This document shows, one piece after another, positions 24,220 through 32,004 of a DNA stretch of 64,000 bases. The stretch is from an uncultured Alphaproteobacteria bacterium (lineage in GTDB: Bacteria; Pseudomonadota; Alphaproteobacteria; UBA2966): assembly GCA_958295725.1 (NCBI GenBank), contig OY282368.1:1384001-1448000 (forward strand), in the 5' to 3' direction. Numbering within the stretch: position 1 is the first letter of the stretch; the number at the start of each line of letters is the position of its first letter. Under the pieces are notes generated by a model. The model was not told the DNA's origin and searched no databases. It saw only the letters and a program-made list of their open reading frames with translations. A program made the translations under genes and the position numbers.

Positions 24220-24495
24220 ACGGATCTCGCGCCGGACGGACGTGCGCCCCGCGGGCATCGGCCGAGCATCGATCGTGGACGCGACTTCGCGTGCGGCACC
24301 TGGATGGCCGCCGCTTTTCCGGCGTCAATTTCCCATCGGCGGGTACGTCGCCGACTTCCCCCGCCGCCGTGGCGTCCGGTCGTCGAGGTCGGTGGCGAGG
24401 TCGCTGTTCTTCAGGGCGATGTCTCCGATGGCGGCCAGAACTCGGAAGCTCCGGCCCGGCTGGAAGGTCATTCGGCGGGTCCTGGCGCGGGCGCG
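24220..24495 (+). pseudogene. DUF559 (Vsr-like endonuclease domain) protein, disrupted by several frameshifts
   Basis: Family landmarks sit in three different frames: ASAEHRSWTRLRVRHLDGRRF / FRRQFPIGGYVADF / RPVVEVGGE / RTRKLRPGWKVIRRV. Confidence 0.7.
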
Positions 24496-24839
24496 GTCCG
24501 GCGTAGCAGTTCGTCGAGGGCGGCGCCTTGGCGTTCGAGGGCAATGCCTTGGCGTTCGAGGGCAATGCCTTGGCGTTCGAGAGCCGCGCCTTGGCGTTGG
24601 CCGGCCTGGATCAATTCGTTGAGCGCCGCCATGGCTTCGGTGTGGCGTTTGTCGTCGGCTTCGCGCTGCTGCTTCAGGGCTTCGCGATGCTGTTGGCCGC
24701 GTTCGTCGTTGGCGCGGATCATGGCGCGGATACCGTGCCAGATGCCGATGGCGGCGACGATGGCGGCGGCGGCCGAGGCGAAAGTGGCCACGGCGCTGGC
24801 GGCCGCGATGACGAGGCTCACGATCTCGAACTCGGTCAT
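24468..24839 (-). CDS. Small membrane-anchored coiled-coil protein with heptad (21-bp) tandem repeats
   Basis: GGGAGA RBS then ATG 24839. N-terminal TM helix IVSLVIAAASAVATFASAAAAIVAAIGIW. Charged helical region with ALERQG(I/A) x4, encoded by 21-bp repeats at 24525-24600. Confidence 0.55.
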   Translation of the reverse strand: MTEFEIVSLVIAAASAVATFASAAAAIVAAIGIWHGIRAMIRANDERGQQHREALKQQREADDKRHTEAMAALNELIQAGQRQGAALERQGIALERQGIALERQGAALDELLRRTAPAPGPAE

Positions 24840-24956
24840 GGCGTGTGTCTCCCAGCTCGACAGATGATAACTGCAATTATCGCACACTCGGATACCCCCC
24901 GAGGCCCCCGCCACTTCGAGATATCCGGGCTACAGTGCCGGTGTCCGCCGGCACCG

Positions 24957-25047
24957 GGGCTATCCCCGCGTGTGCGGGGGAACCCAGACCTGCGGTCGTG
25001 GCACGCGACGGTGTTCGACGCTATCCCCGCGTGTGCGGGGGAACCTA
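24957..25047 (-). CRISPR. Orphan mini-array: two type I-E-like repeats (identical 26-nt core) with one ~32-nt spacer
   Basis: Cores at 24959-24984 and 25020-25045 are identical. Minus strand reads GGTTCCCCCGCACACGCGGGGATAGC. The 61-bp period fits 29+32. The form matches the I-E consensus (G)GTTCCCCGC-N4-GCGGGGAT.... Confidence 0.5.
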
Positions 25048-25379
25048 GGCTCAGGACCTATAACCAAAAGATGACGGTAGCGGCGATGCAGATGGCGCTG
25101 AAGAAGGTGTGGGCGCATTGGTCGTATCGTGTGGCGATACGCCGCCAGTCCTTGATTCTGCCGAACATGCGCTCGATAAGATTGCGCCGCTTGTAGAGCT
25201 CGGCGTCGTAAGCGACCCGAGGCACGCCGCGAACCTTGTTGGGCAGCAGAGGCTGGATACGGGCGAACCGGGCGTCGGATAGCCAGAAGTGGTGGTCGGA
25301 CATGGTAGCCTCCCCTACATCTAGAGGCTTTGAACCACATCCCACCTCAATACTCAAGTCTGGTTATAGGTCCTGAACC
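25048..25379 (-). mobile_element. Internally deleted IS5-family (IS427/IS1031-like) element, MITE-like (332 bp)
   Basis: Terminal inverted repeats GGCTCAGGACCTATAACC (25048-25065) and GGTTATAGGTCCTGAACC (25362-25379) match 17/18. The internal ORF joins the transposase N-terminus (MSDHHFWLSDARFARIQPLLP) in frame to its C-terminus (YDAELYKRRNLIERMFGRIKDWRRIATRYD). Confidence 0.8.
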
Positions 25380-25490
25380 AGGACAGACACTTGGCGGCAG
25401 ATCCTTCCTGTGTCATGATTGGCTCGTTGTGAGGTGTCTGGGGGGGGGAATCCCGGCGTCTGGGAAAAAGATTGTGGAGGCACTTGGAGC

Positions 25491-25865
25491 ATGGGGCGGA
25501 AGGGCTTCGTTGCAACGGCATGGACCAATGGTCAACAGCGCGAGACAGGGGCGGGATATGGCCTGAAGGTCGAGATCGCCGACCGTGACACGTTCTTCGA
25601 CAAGAGCTGGAAAACCGTAAAGTTGAATCTTGTCGGAACGGTGAACAGCCGTATGACAGAGGTCAACATTGAAAAATGCTCGTTCTGGAATGACATATGT
25701 CGGGAATTGATCAGTAAGGATATCGGTCGGTGGTTCATAGACAATAAATTCGTGTTCATAGACAACGAATTCGTGCCGTGGCCCAAGGGTTGCCCACCAC
25801 GATTTCGGTTTGTCCCTACGAATGAACGTGAGTTCGAAGTTAAAAGAGAACCTGCTTATGCGTGA
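25491..25865 (+). CDS. Hypothetical protein (124 aa), low GC
   Basis: GGAGG about 11 nt before ATG 25491. AT-richer codon usage than the backbone. No family recognised. Confidence 0.45.
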   Translation: MGRKGFVATAWTNGQQRETGAGYGLKVEIADRDTFFDKSWKTVKLNLVGTVNSRMTEVNIEKCSFWNDICRELISKDIGRWFIDNKFVFIDNEFVPWPKGCPPRFRFVPTNEREFEVKREPAYA

Positions 25866-25868
25866 AAT

Positions 25869-26180
25869 TCATCCGGCGATGAGGGTGCGGTAGGGGATGG
25901 GTTGTGTGCGGGCGGCGCTATGGAGGAAGCGGGGGATTATGGTTTGGAGTTGGTAGCGGCGGTTGCAGCGCCAAGCGAAACTGGCGAGATGGCGTTCGGC
26001 GTGGTCGGGTCCGAGTTTGCGGTAGGTCCCGATGATTGCGCTCTTGATACTTCCGAGCATGGTGTTGACCCCCTTGAAGAGCGCCATGCGCACGCTGGCG
26101 CGCCCGGAGCCTGTGTGGATCGAGCGATGGTCATGGCCGGCATGGCCGAGGGCGGTATGCGTATTCCGTACCGGCGTCAT
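25869..26180 (-). pseudogene. IS1595-family transposase, C-terminal ~100-codon fragment
   Basis: GVNTMLGSIKSAIIGTYRKLGPDHAERHLASFAWRCNRRYQL...PIPYRTLIAG parallels the C-terminus of the intact IS1595-family transposase at 44395-45351. Confidence 0.65.
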
Positions 26181-26248
26181 GCGCCATCGTGCGGTGACGG
26201 AACCCACCGTGCCCAGCACGGACGATGCCGTACTCGGACATGCCGCGG

Positions 26249-27301
26249 TCACGCTCCCGTGGCGCCGTCCGGCCTCGCCGCGGCTTCCTCCCGCAACAGC
26301 CGGTCGATGACCTGACGGGCGAGGAGGGGACCGGCGTCGTAGCCGATATCGACCATCGGCGCGTCGGGGTCGAGATCGATGTTCCTCTGTTGCGCCTCGA
26401 ACACGGCGATGTCCTCGCCGACCACGTGGTGGCACTGCTCGTGGAACGCGCTCACCTCGTCCATGTCGTCGGTCCACAGCCTGTGGCCCAGGTGCCAGAA
26501 GTAGTGGGTCGAGTCCCCGGTCGACGGCGTGATGCCGTGACAGACCCAGAAGTCCCAGCGCTTCTCGCCCTTGCCCTCGCGAGCGCCGGTCCCCGCCACC
26601 GCCGAACCGTTGTTGATGCGGAAGTAGGAGGGCGGCATGAACTCGGAAATCTGCCAGCGGTCGATGTTGGAATCGTAATCGCCGAACTGTCGATAGGTCC
26701 TGGCGGCCGGAACGTCCATCGTCCAGCGGGAGACCTTGACGCGGTCTCCGTCCCGTTCCGTCTCGACGTCGGCGCGGTCCGCCACGTGCATATCGCCGAC
26801 GGTGGAGGCGTGCACCGTGGCGAGGTGCGACAGGTCGAGCAGGTTGTCGATGACGAGCTGATAATGGCCCTGCACGCGGCAGTGCACCTTGGTCGCGCTC
26901 CAGCCGTCCTGGAAGAGCATCCCGAAGAATTCGGGAACCCTGGACTCGTCGGCGTCCTCGGCCTCGCCCATCCAGACGAAGACGCAGTTGTCGCGCTCGA
27001 TCACCGGGTAGCTCCTGACCTTCATCCGCGGTGGAATGCGCTCCTGGCCGGGGATTCGCACGCAGGCGCCCGCGCGGTCGAACTCCAGGGCGTGGTAGTG
27101 GCACTGGATGGCGTCCCCGATCACCTTGCCCATGGACAGCGGCAGCAGGCGGTGGGCGCAACGGTCGGCGAGCGCCACGGCCTCGCCGCTCTCGGTCCTG
27201 AAGAGCGCCACAGGCTCGCCGAGCAGGACGCGGCCCAACGGCCGCCGCGTCGTCACCTCGTCCGAGTACGCGCCGACGTACCAGTAGTTCCTCGGAAACA
27301 T
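26249..27301 (-). CDS. Rieske [2Fe-2S] oxygenase, VanA/phthalate-family oxygenase component (paralog 1)
   Basis: MFPRNYWYVG...CAHRLLPLS...CHYHALEF Rieske motif (C-x-H...C-x-x-H). LVIDNLLDLSHLATVH catalytic-domain motif. Confidence 0.85.
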   Translation of the reverse strand: MFPRNYWYVGAYSDEVTTRRPLGRVLLGEPVALFRTESGEAVALADRCAHRLLPLSMGKVIGDAIQCHYHALEFDRAGACVRIPGQERIPPRMKVRSYPVIERDNCVFVWMGEAEDADESRVPEFFGMLFQDGWSATKVHCRVQGHYQLVIDNLLDLSHLATVHASTVGDMHVADRADVETERDGDRVKVSRWTMDVPAARTYRQFGDYDSNIDRWQISEFMPPSYFRINNGSAVAGTGAREGKGEKRWDFWVCHGITPSTGDSTHYFWHLGHRLWTDDMDEVSAFHEQCHHVVGEDIAVFEAQQRNIDLDPDAPMVDIGYDAGPLLARQVIDRLLREEAAARPDGATGA

Positions 27302-27372
27302 TCGTTCCTCCAATACCGTCGTCTCTCTATGCCGCCCCCCGCGCCGCGAGTCTCGCGGCCTTCTTCCTCGCT

Positions 27373-28449
27373 TTATCCGGATATGGGTTCCCCCTTCTTC
27401 TCCGCCGCTTCGTCTTTCGACATGCGGGCGATGATCTCGCGGGCCTGCAACAGGCCCTCGTCGAAGCGGATCCGCACCCTCTCGTTGACGTTCTCCGGCG
27501 TCGCGCCTTCCGGGTCGCTGTCGAGCGAACGCTGCTGCGCCTCGTAGATGGCGACGTCCTCCCGGATCACCTGATGGCACTGCCGGTGGAACTCCGGGCG
27601 GCTCTCCTTCGGAACGGCCGACAACTCGTAGGCGATGGCCCAGAACTGGTGGGTCGACCGCCGGGTTTCCGGCGTGATGCCGTGATAGACTTGGAAGCCC
27701 CACTCCCCCTGATCGAAAACCCGGTAACGACCGGGTTTTCTCGCGCCCGTGCCTTCGGAGCCGTTGTTGATGAGGAAATAGGCCGGCGGCCGCCATTCCG
27801 CGAGCTGCCAGCGGTCGAAGTTGCCCGGATGGGACCCGAACTCGGCGTAGGTGCGCGCCGCGGGAACGTCGACCATCTCGCGCGTGACCCGCACCGTGTC
27901 GCCGTGACGCTCGTGGATGACCTCGGCGTCCTCGGCCACGGGCGCGTTGCCGATCGTCGTATCGTGCAGGTAGGCGACGTGCGAGAGATCGAGCAGGTTG
28001 TCGATCAGCAGCAGGTAGTTGGCCTCGATGTGCAGATGGAGCTTGGTCACCCCCCATTCGGGATGGTCCAGGCGCGGAAAATCGATGATCGAGGCCTCGT
28101 CCGCGTCTTCGGGATCGCCCATCCAGACATAGACGAACGCGTGGCGTTCGATCACGGGATAGGACTTGACGCGCGTCCCCCTGGGCGCGCGCGCCTGGCC
28201 GGGAACCTTCACGCAGGCGCCGGCGCTATCGTAGACCAGGCCGTGATAGCCGCACTGTATCTCGTCGCCGACGATCCTGCCCTTCGAGAGCGGCACCCGG
28301 CGGTGGGCGCAACGGTTCTCCAGCGCGACGGGCGTTCCATCCCGTTTGCGGTAGAGCAGCACGTCCTCGTCGAGCATGGTCAGGGCCAGCGGTTCGGAGC
28401 CGAGTTCGTCGGACCACGCCGCCACGTACCAGTGATTTTTCATATACAT
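27373..28449 (-). CDS. Rieske [2Fe-2S] oxygenase, VanA/phthalate-family (paralog 2)
   Basis: CAHRRVPLS...CGYHGLVY and LLIDNLLDLSHVAYLH. Confidence 0.85.
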   Translation of the reverse strand: MYMKNHWYVAAWSDELGSEPLALTMLDEDVLLYRKRDGTPVALENRCAHRRVPLSKGRIVGDEIQCGYHGLVYDSAGACVKVPGQARAPRGTRVKSYPVIERHAFVYVWMGDPEDADEASIIDFPRLDHPEWGVTKLHLHIEANYLLLIDNLLDLSHVAYLHDTTIGNAPVAEDAEVIHERHGDTVRVTREMVDVPAARTYAEFGSHPGNFDRWQLAEWRPPAYFLINNGSEGTGARKPGRYRVFDQGEWGFQVYHGITPETRRSTHQFWAIAYELSAVPKESRPEFHRQCHQVIREDVAIYEAQQRSLDSDPEGATPENVNERVRIRFDEGLLQAREIIARMSKDEAAEKKGEPISG

Positions 28450-28461
28450 GAATCGGATCTT

Positions 28462-29565
28462 TCATTCATCGTGACAAAGGTGTGCGGGTCTCCCGCCCGC
28501 CCCGTCGCCGCGCCGATCCTTCGCCTGTTCCGCCAGGAGTCCGTCGACGATCCGGCGCGCGGCCAACAGCCCACCGTCGTGGACGATCTCCACCCGCGCG
28601 TTGATGTCCCGCGCCGATGTCGGCGCCGGGTCGCGGTCGATCGATGCCTGCTGGACCGGGAACAGCACGGAGTCCTCGGTGATGATCCGGTCGCACTGGG
28701 AACGGAATTCCTCGATGGTCCGCGCGTCGCCCATGCCCGGATCGAAGGCGACGTAGCGGTACTGGTGACTGCGCTTCTCCGTCTCCGGCGTAAGTCCGTG
28801 ATAGACGTAGAACCCCCAATGGCCCTGGTCCTCGTACCAGTCGCCCTCGGGAACGCCGCGGCCCGCCGGCGCCGAGCCGTAGCTGACCCGGACATACGTG
28901 GGCGGTCGGAACTCCGAGACCTGCCAGCTGTCGATGTTCCCTTCGTAGCCGCCGAACTGGCGAAAGGTCGGCGCCGGCGGCACGTTCTCCATCCAGCGCA
29001 GGACGCGCACCGTGTTTCCGTCCTGGACGGTCTTCATCCGGGCGGTCTCGGATATCTCGGGACTCCCGGTGGTCGTCCCGTGAACGTAGGCGAGGTGGGA
29101 GAGATCCAGCAGGTTGTCGATGACGAGCTGGACGTGCGCGTCCAGATGGAACCGGATATCGCCGACCCGCAGTCCCGGACGGTCCAGTACGCCGTAATCG
29201 GGAATCGCGGCCTCGTCCGCCTTTTCGGGGTCCCCCATCCAGATCCACAGGAAGCGGTGCTTTTCCACGAGCGGGTAGGCCCGGACGCCGACCCCGGGCG
29301 GAACGCGCGTCTGTCCGGGGATCCTCGTGCATCCGCCCCAGCGGTCGTATCGGAGTCCGTGGTAGCCGCACTCGACCGTGTCGCCGATCAGGCGGCCCAT
29401 CGACAGGGGCGCCCGCCGATGGGCGCAACGGTCCTCCAGGGCGACCGGCGTCCCGTCCTCCAGGCGGAACATGACGACCGCCTGGTTCAGGAAGGTCCGC
29501 GCGAGGAACTCCCGCCCCAGTTCACCGGGGAAGCCCGCCGCGTACCAGTGGTCCTCCAGGAACAT
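28462..29565 (-). CDS. Rieske [2Fe-2S] oxygenase, VanA/phthalate-family (paralog 3)
   Basis: ATG at 29565 (MFLEDHWYAAG). CAHRRAPLS...CGYHGLRY and LVIDNLLDLSHLAYVH. Confidence 0.85.
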   Translation of the reverse strand: MFLEDHWYAAGFPGELGREFLARTFLNQAVVMFRLEDGTPVALEDRCAHRRAPLSMGRLIGDTVECGYHGLRYDRWGGCTRIPGQTRVPPGVGVRAYPLVEKHRFLWIWMGDPEKADEAAIPDYGVLDRPGLRVGDIRFHLDAHVQLVIDNLLDLSHLAYVHGTTTGSPEISETARMKTVQDGNTVRVLRWMENVPPAPTFRQFGGYEGNIDSWQVSEFRPPTYVRVSYGSAPAGRGVPEGDWYEDQGHWGFYVYHGLTPETEKRSHQYRYVAFDPGMGDARTIEEFRSQCDRIITEDSVLFPVQQASIDRDPAPTSARDINARVEIVHDGGLLAARRIVDGLLAEQAKDRRGDGAGGRPAHLCHDE

Positions 29566-29835
29566 GCGCCTGCCGAGAAAAGAAACGGTCCCGAACGGAT
29601 CCTGTACTCTCGCGAAACGATGGGAAACCGCCGCGATCATAGCATACCCCCGCGGCGCGAAATCCGGTCGGGTGCGGTCCGAACGGGCCGCCTGTCGCGC
29701 GTGACGCGAACCCCGGAGTTCCAGGAGACCATGCGCCGCCTGCACCCCGGTCGGTCGCCGGTGGCAACGCTGTTCAACTACCGGCGGTAAGCGTCTACCG
29801 TGCCCCGACGACCCGGAGAAGGGGAGGGAGGGGAC

Positions 29836-30819
29836 ATGCCGGACAAGACGTTCACCATCGCGCTGGAGCGGCTCGATCGCCACGCGCCGTTTTTCATGGG
29901 CGCCGTCAGCTGCCCCGAGGGCGTGTCGTTGCGTGCGCTCGAGGTCGGCGTCGGCTTCGACCCCGGCCGCCGCGACGGCATCGACCGCCACGGGCGCATG
30001 TTCCGCGACCGGGAGTTCGACATCTGCGAACAGTCGCTCGCGTCCTTCGTCATGTCCCGCGCGCGGTCCGACGACTTCGTCGCGACGCCGGTGTTTCCCC
30101 GGCGCCTGTTCAGCCAGATCTGCATGTTCGTGAACGTCGACGCGGGGATCGACGAGCCCAGGGACCTGATCGGCAAGAGGGTCGCCGTGTGGTCCTTCCA
30201 GACCACGCTCTGCGTCCTGGCGAAGGGCGATCTCAAGGGCGAGTACGGCGCGCCCTGGGAGGAAATGCACTGGTACGTCCAGCACCATGAGGAAATCCCC
30301 TGGGAAGGGGAGGGCCTGTCGATCCGGAATATCCCGGACGGCAAGGACGCCGGCGAGATGCTGGTGGCCGGCGAGGTCGACGCCCTGTTCCATCCGCTGC
30401 CGCCCCCGGCCGTCCTGCGCAATCCCGGGCGGGTGCGCCGCCTGTTTCCGGACTCGCGCGCCGAGTCGCTCGGGCACTTCGAGAAGTTCGGCTACTGCCC
30501 CATCATGCATCTGCTGGTGTTCGCGCGCGAGCTCGTGGCGCGGGAGCCCTGGCTGCCCCGGGCGATGATCGACATCTGGGAGGACGCGAAGCGCAGGACG
30601 GACGAGTTCTACGACGACCCGGCGTTCTCGATGCTGATGTTCGCCCGGAACGAGTACGAATGGCAGCGCGACAACATGGGCTCCGACCTCTTCCCGAACG
30701 GCCTCGAGGCCAACCGGGCCAATCTCGAGCAATTCATCGGATACCTCGCCGACCAGCGGCTGATCGACGCGCCGATCCCTGTCGAGAGCCTCTTCGACGA
30801 CTCCGTCCTGGACACGTGA
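29836..30819 (+). CDS. 4,5-dihydroxyphthalate decarboxylase-like protein (periplasmic-binding-protein-like fold family)
   Basis: REFDICEQSLASF, TPVFPRRLF and IGKRVAVWSFQTT segments fit this family as I remember it. GGGAGGGAGGGG RBS before ATG 29836. Confidence 0.55.
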   Translation: MPDKTFTIALERLDRHAPFFMGAVSCPEGVSLRALEVGVGFDPGRRDGIDRHGRMFRDREFDICEQSLASFVMSRARSDDFVATPVFPRRLFSQICMFVNVDAGIDEPRDLIGKRVAVWSFQTTLCVLAKGDLKGEYGAPWEEMHWYVQHHEEIPWEGEGLSIRNIPDGKDAGEMLVAGEVDALFHPLPPPAVLRNPGRVRRLFPDSRAESLGHFEKFGYCPIMHLLVFARELVAREPWLPRAMIDIWEDAKRRTDEFYDDPAFSMLMFARNEYEWQRDNMGSDLFPNGLEANRANLEQFIGYLADQRLIDAPIPVESLFDDSVLDT

Positions 30820-30924
30820 CAGGGACTCGAAGGCGGTTTTCCGACGCGGGCCTTCGGCCGTGGCGAGGGCGGCATTCCCGAGCATGACGACGATTCCCGT
30901 TCCCGTTGCGAACAATATAGGAAC

Positions 30925-31095
30925 AGGCATGGGGCGTGTCAATAGGAAATTTCTGTAATGGAGAAAATTTTCTATTCCACGATTATCCGCACCAGCTGCA
31001 TGTCCATGCGTTCCCCCTCCCGATAATGCCCCTGACATACTATATGTTGATGTATACAATACTATACTACAAGATATTGTGTTTTTGGCTGGAGC
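30925..31095. other. Strongly AT-rich segment with inverted and direct repeats, directly upstream of the 125-bp tandem array
   Basis: e.g. AATAGGAAATTTC-N8-GAAAATTTTCTATT (30941-30975) and CATACTATATGTTGATGTATACAATACTATACTACAAGATATTGTG. A sharp composition break in a mid-60s % GC context. Confidence 0.8.
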
Positions 31096-31108
31096 GTCTC
31101 ATACGGCC

Positions 31109-32004
31109 CGACGGTGTGTGGATTGTGCAATTCCGGTCCGATGCCGCGCCGGGCCATTCGCGTTCCTCCCCCCTTGGCGGGGAGAGGCCGGCAGGGGGTG
31201 GATCGCGGTCCCGCCGCGCATCGGGCTCGTGCTCCGACGGTGTGCGGATTGTGCAATTCCGGTCCGGCGTCGCGCCGGGCCATTCGCGTTCCCCCCTTGG
31301 CGGAGAGAGGCCGGCAGGAGGTGGATCGCGGTCCCGCCGCGCATCGGGCTCGTGCTCCGACGGTGTGCGGATTGTGCAATTCCGGTCCGGCGTCGCGCCG
31401 GGCCATTCGCGTTCCTCCCCCCTGGCGGAGAGAGGCCGGCAGGAGGTGGATCGCGGTCCCGCCGCGCATCGGGCTCGTGCTCCGACGGTGTGCGGATTGT
31501 GCAATTCCGGTCCGGTGCCGCGCCGGGCCATTCGCGTTCCTCCCCCCTGGCGGAGAGAGGCCGGCAGGAGGTGGATCGCAGTCCCGCCGCGCATCGGGCT
31601 CGTGCTCCGACGGTGTGCGGATTGTGCAATTCCGGTCCGGCGTCACGCCGGGCCATTCGCGTTCCTCCCCCTTGGCGGGGAGAGGCCGGCAGGAGGTGGA
31701 CCGCGGTCCCGTCGCGCATCGGGCTCGTGCTCCGACGGTGTGCGGATTGTGCAATTCCGGTCCGGCGTCACGCCGGGCCATTCGCGTTCCTCCCCCTTGG
31801 CGGAGAGAGGCCGGCAGGAGGTGGATCGCGGTCCCGTCGCGCATCGGGCTCGTGCTCCGACGGTGTGCGGATTGTGCAATTCCGGTCCGGCGTCGCGCCG
31901 GGCCATTCGCGTTCCTCCCCCCTGGCGGAGAGAGGCCGGCAGGGGGTGGATCGCAGTCCCGCCGCGCATCGGGCTCGTGCTCCGACGGTGTGCGGATTGT
32001 GCAA
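31109..32004. repeat. Tandem array of ~125-bp units, 7 full copies plus one partial, near-identical
   Basis: The GATTGTGCAATTCC landmark starts at 31121, 31247, 31370, 31495, 31620, 31745 and 31870; a truncated copy (GATTGTGCAA) is at 31995. Spacings are 126, 123 and 125 x5. Units differ by only a few substitutions or 1-nt indels. Confidence 0.95.

Noticed and set aside
24151-24867. 238-aa plus-strand ORF spanning the DUF559 pseudogene and the coiled-coil gene
   Set aside because: It is a composite of a pseudogene frame and the antisense of the repeat-containing small gene. The repetitive AMPWRSR translation is just the complement of the 21-bp repeats.
25419-25490. Upstream extension (MARCEVSGGGNPGVWEKDCGGTWS) of the 25491-25865 orphan
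   Set aside because: It runs through a G8 tract and GC-rich sequence unlike the rest of the gene. The internal ATG at 25491 has the better RBS.
31109-32004. CRISPR array or type III toxin-antitoxin (ToxI-like) antitoxin repeats as an explanation for the tandem array
   Set aside because: There are no unique spacers between units, since the whole 125 bp repeats. No cas gene or ToxN/AbiQ-like toxin gene is adjacent; the downstream gene is an ordinary dehydrogenase. The unit is also far longer than known ToxI-type repeats.
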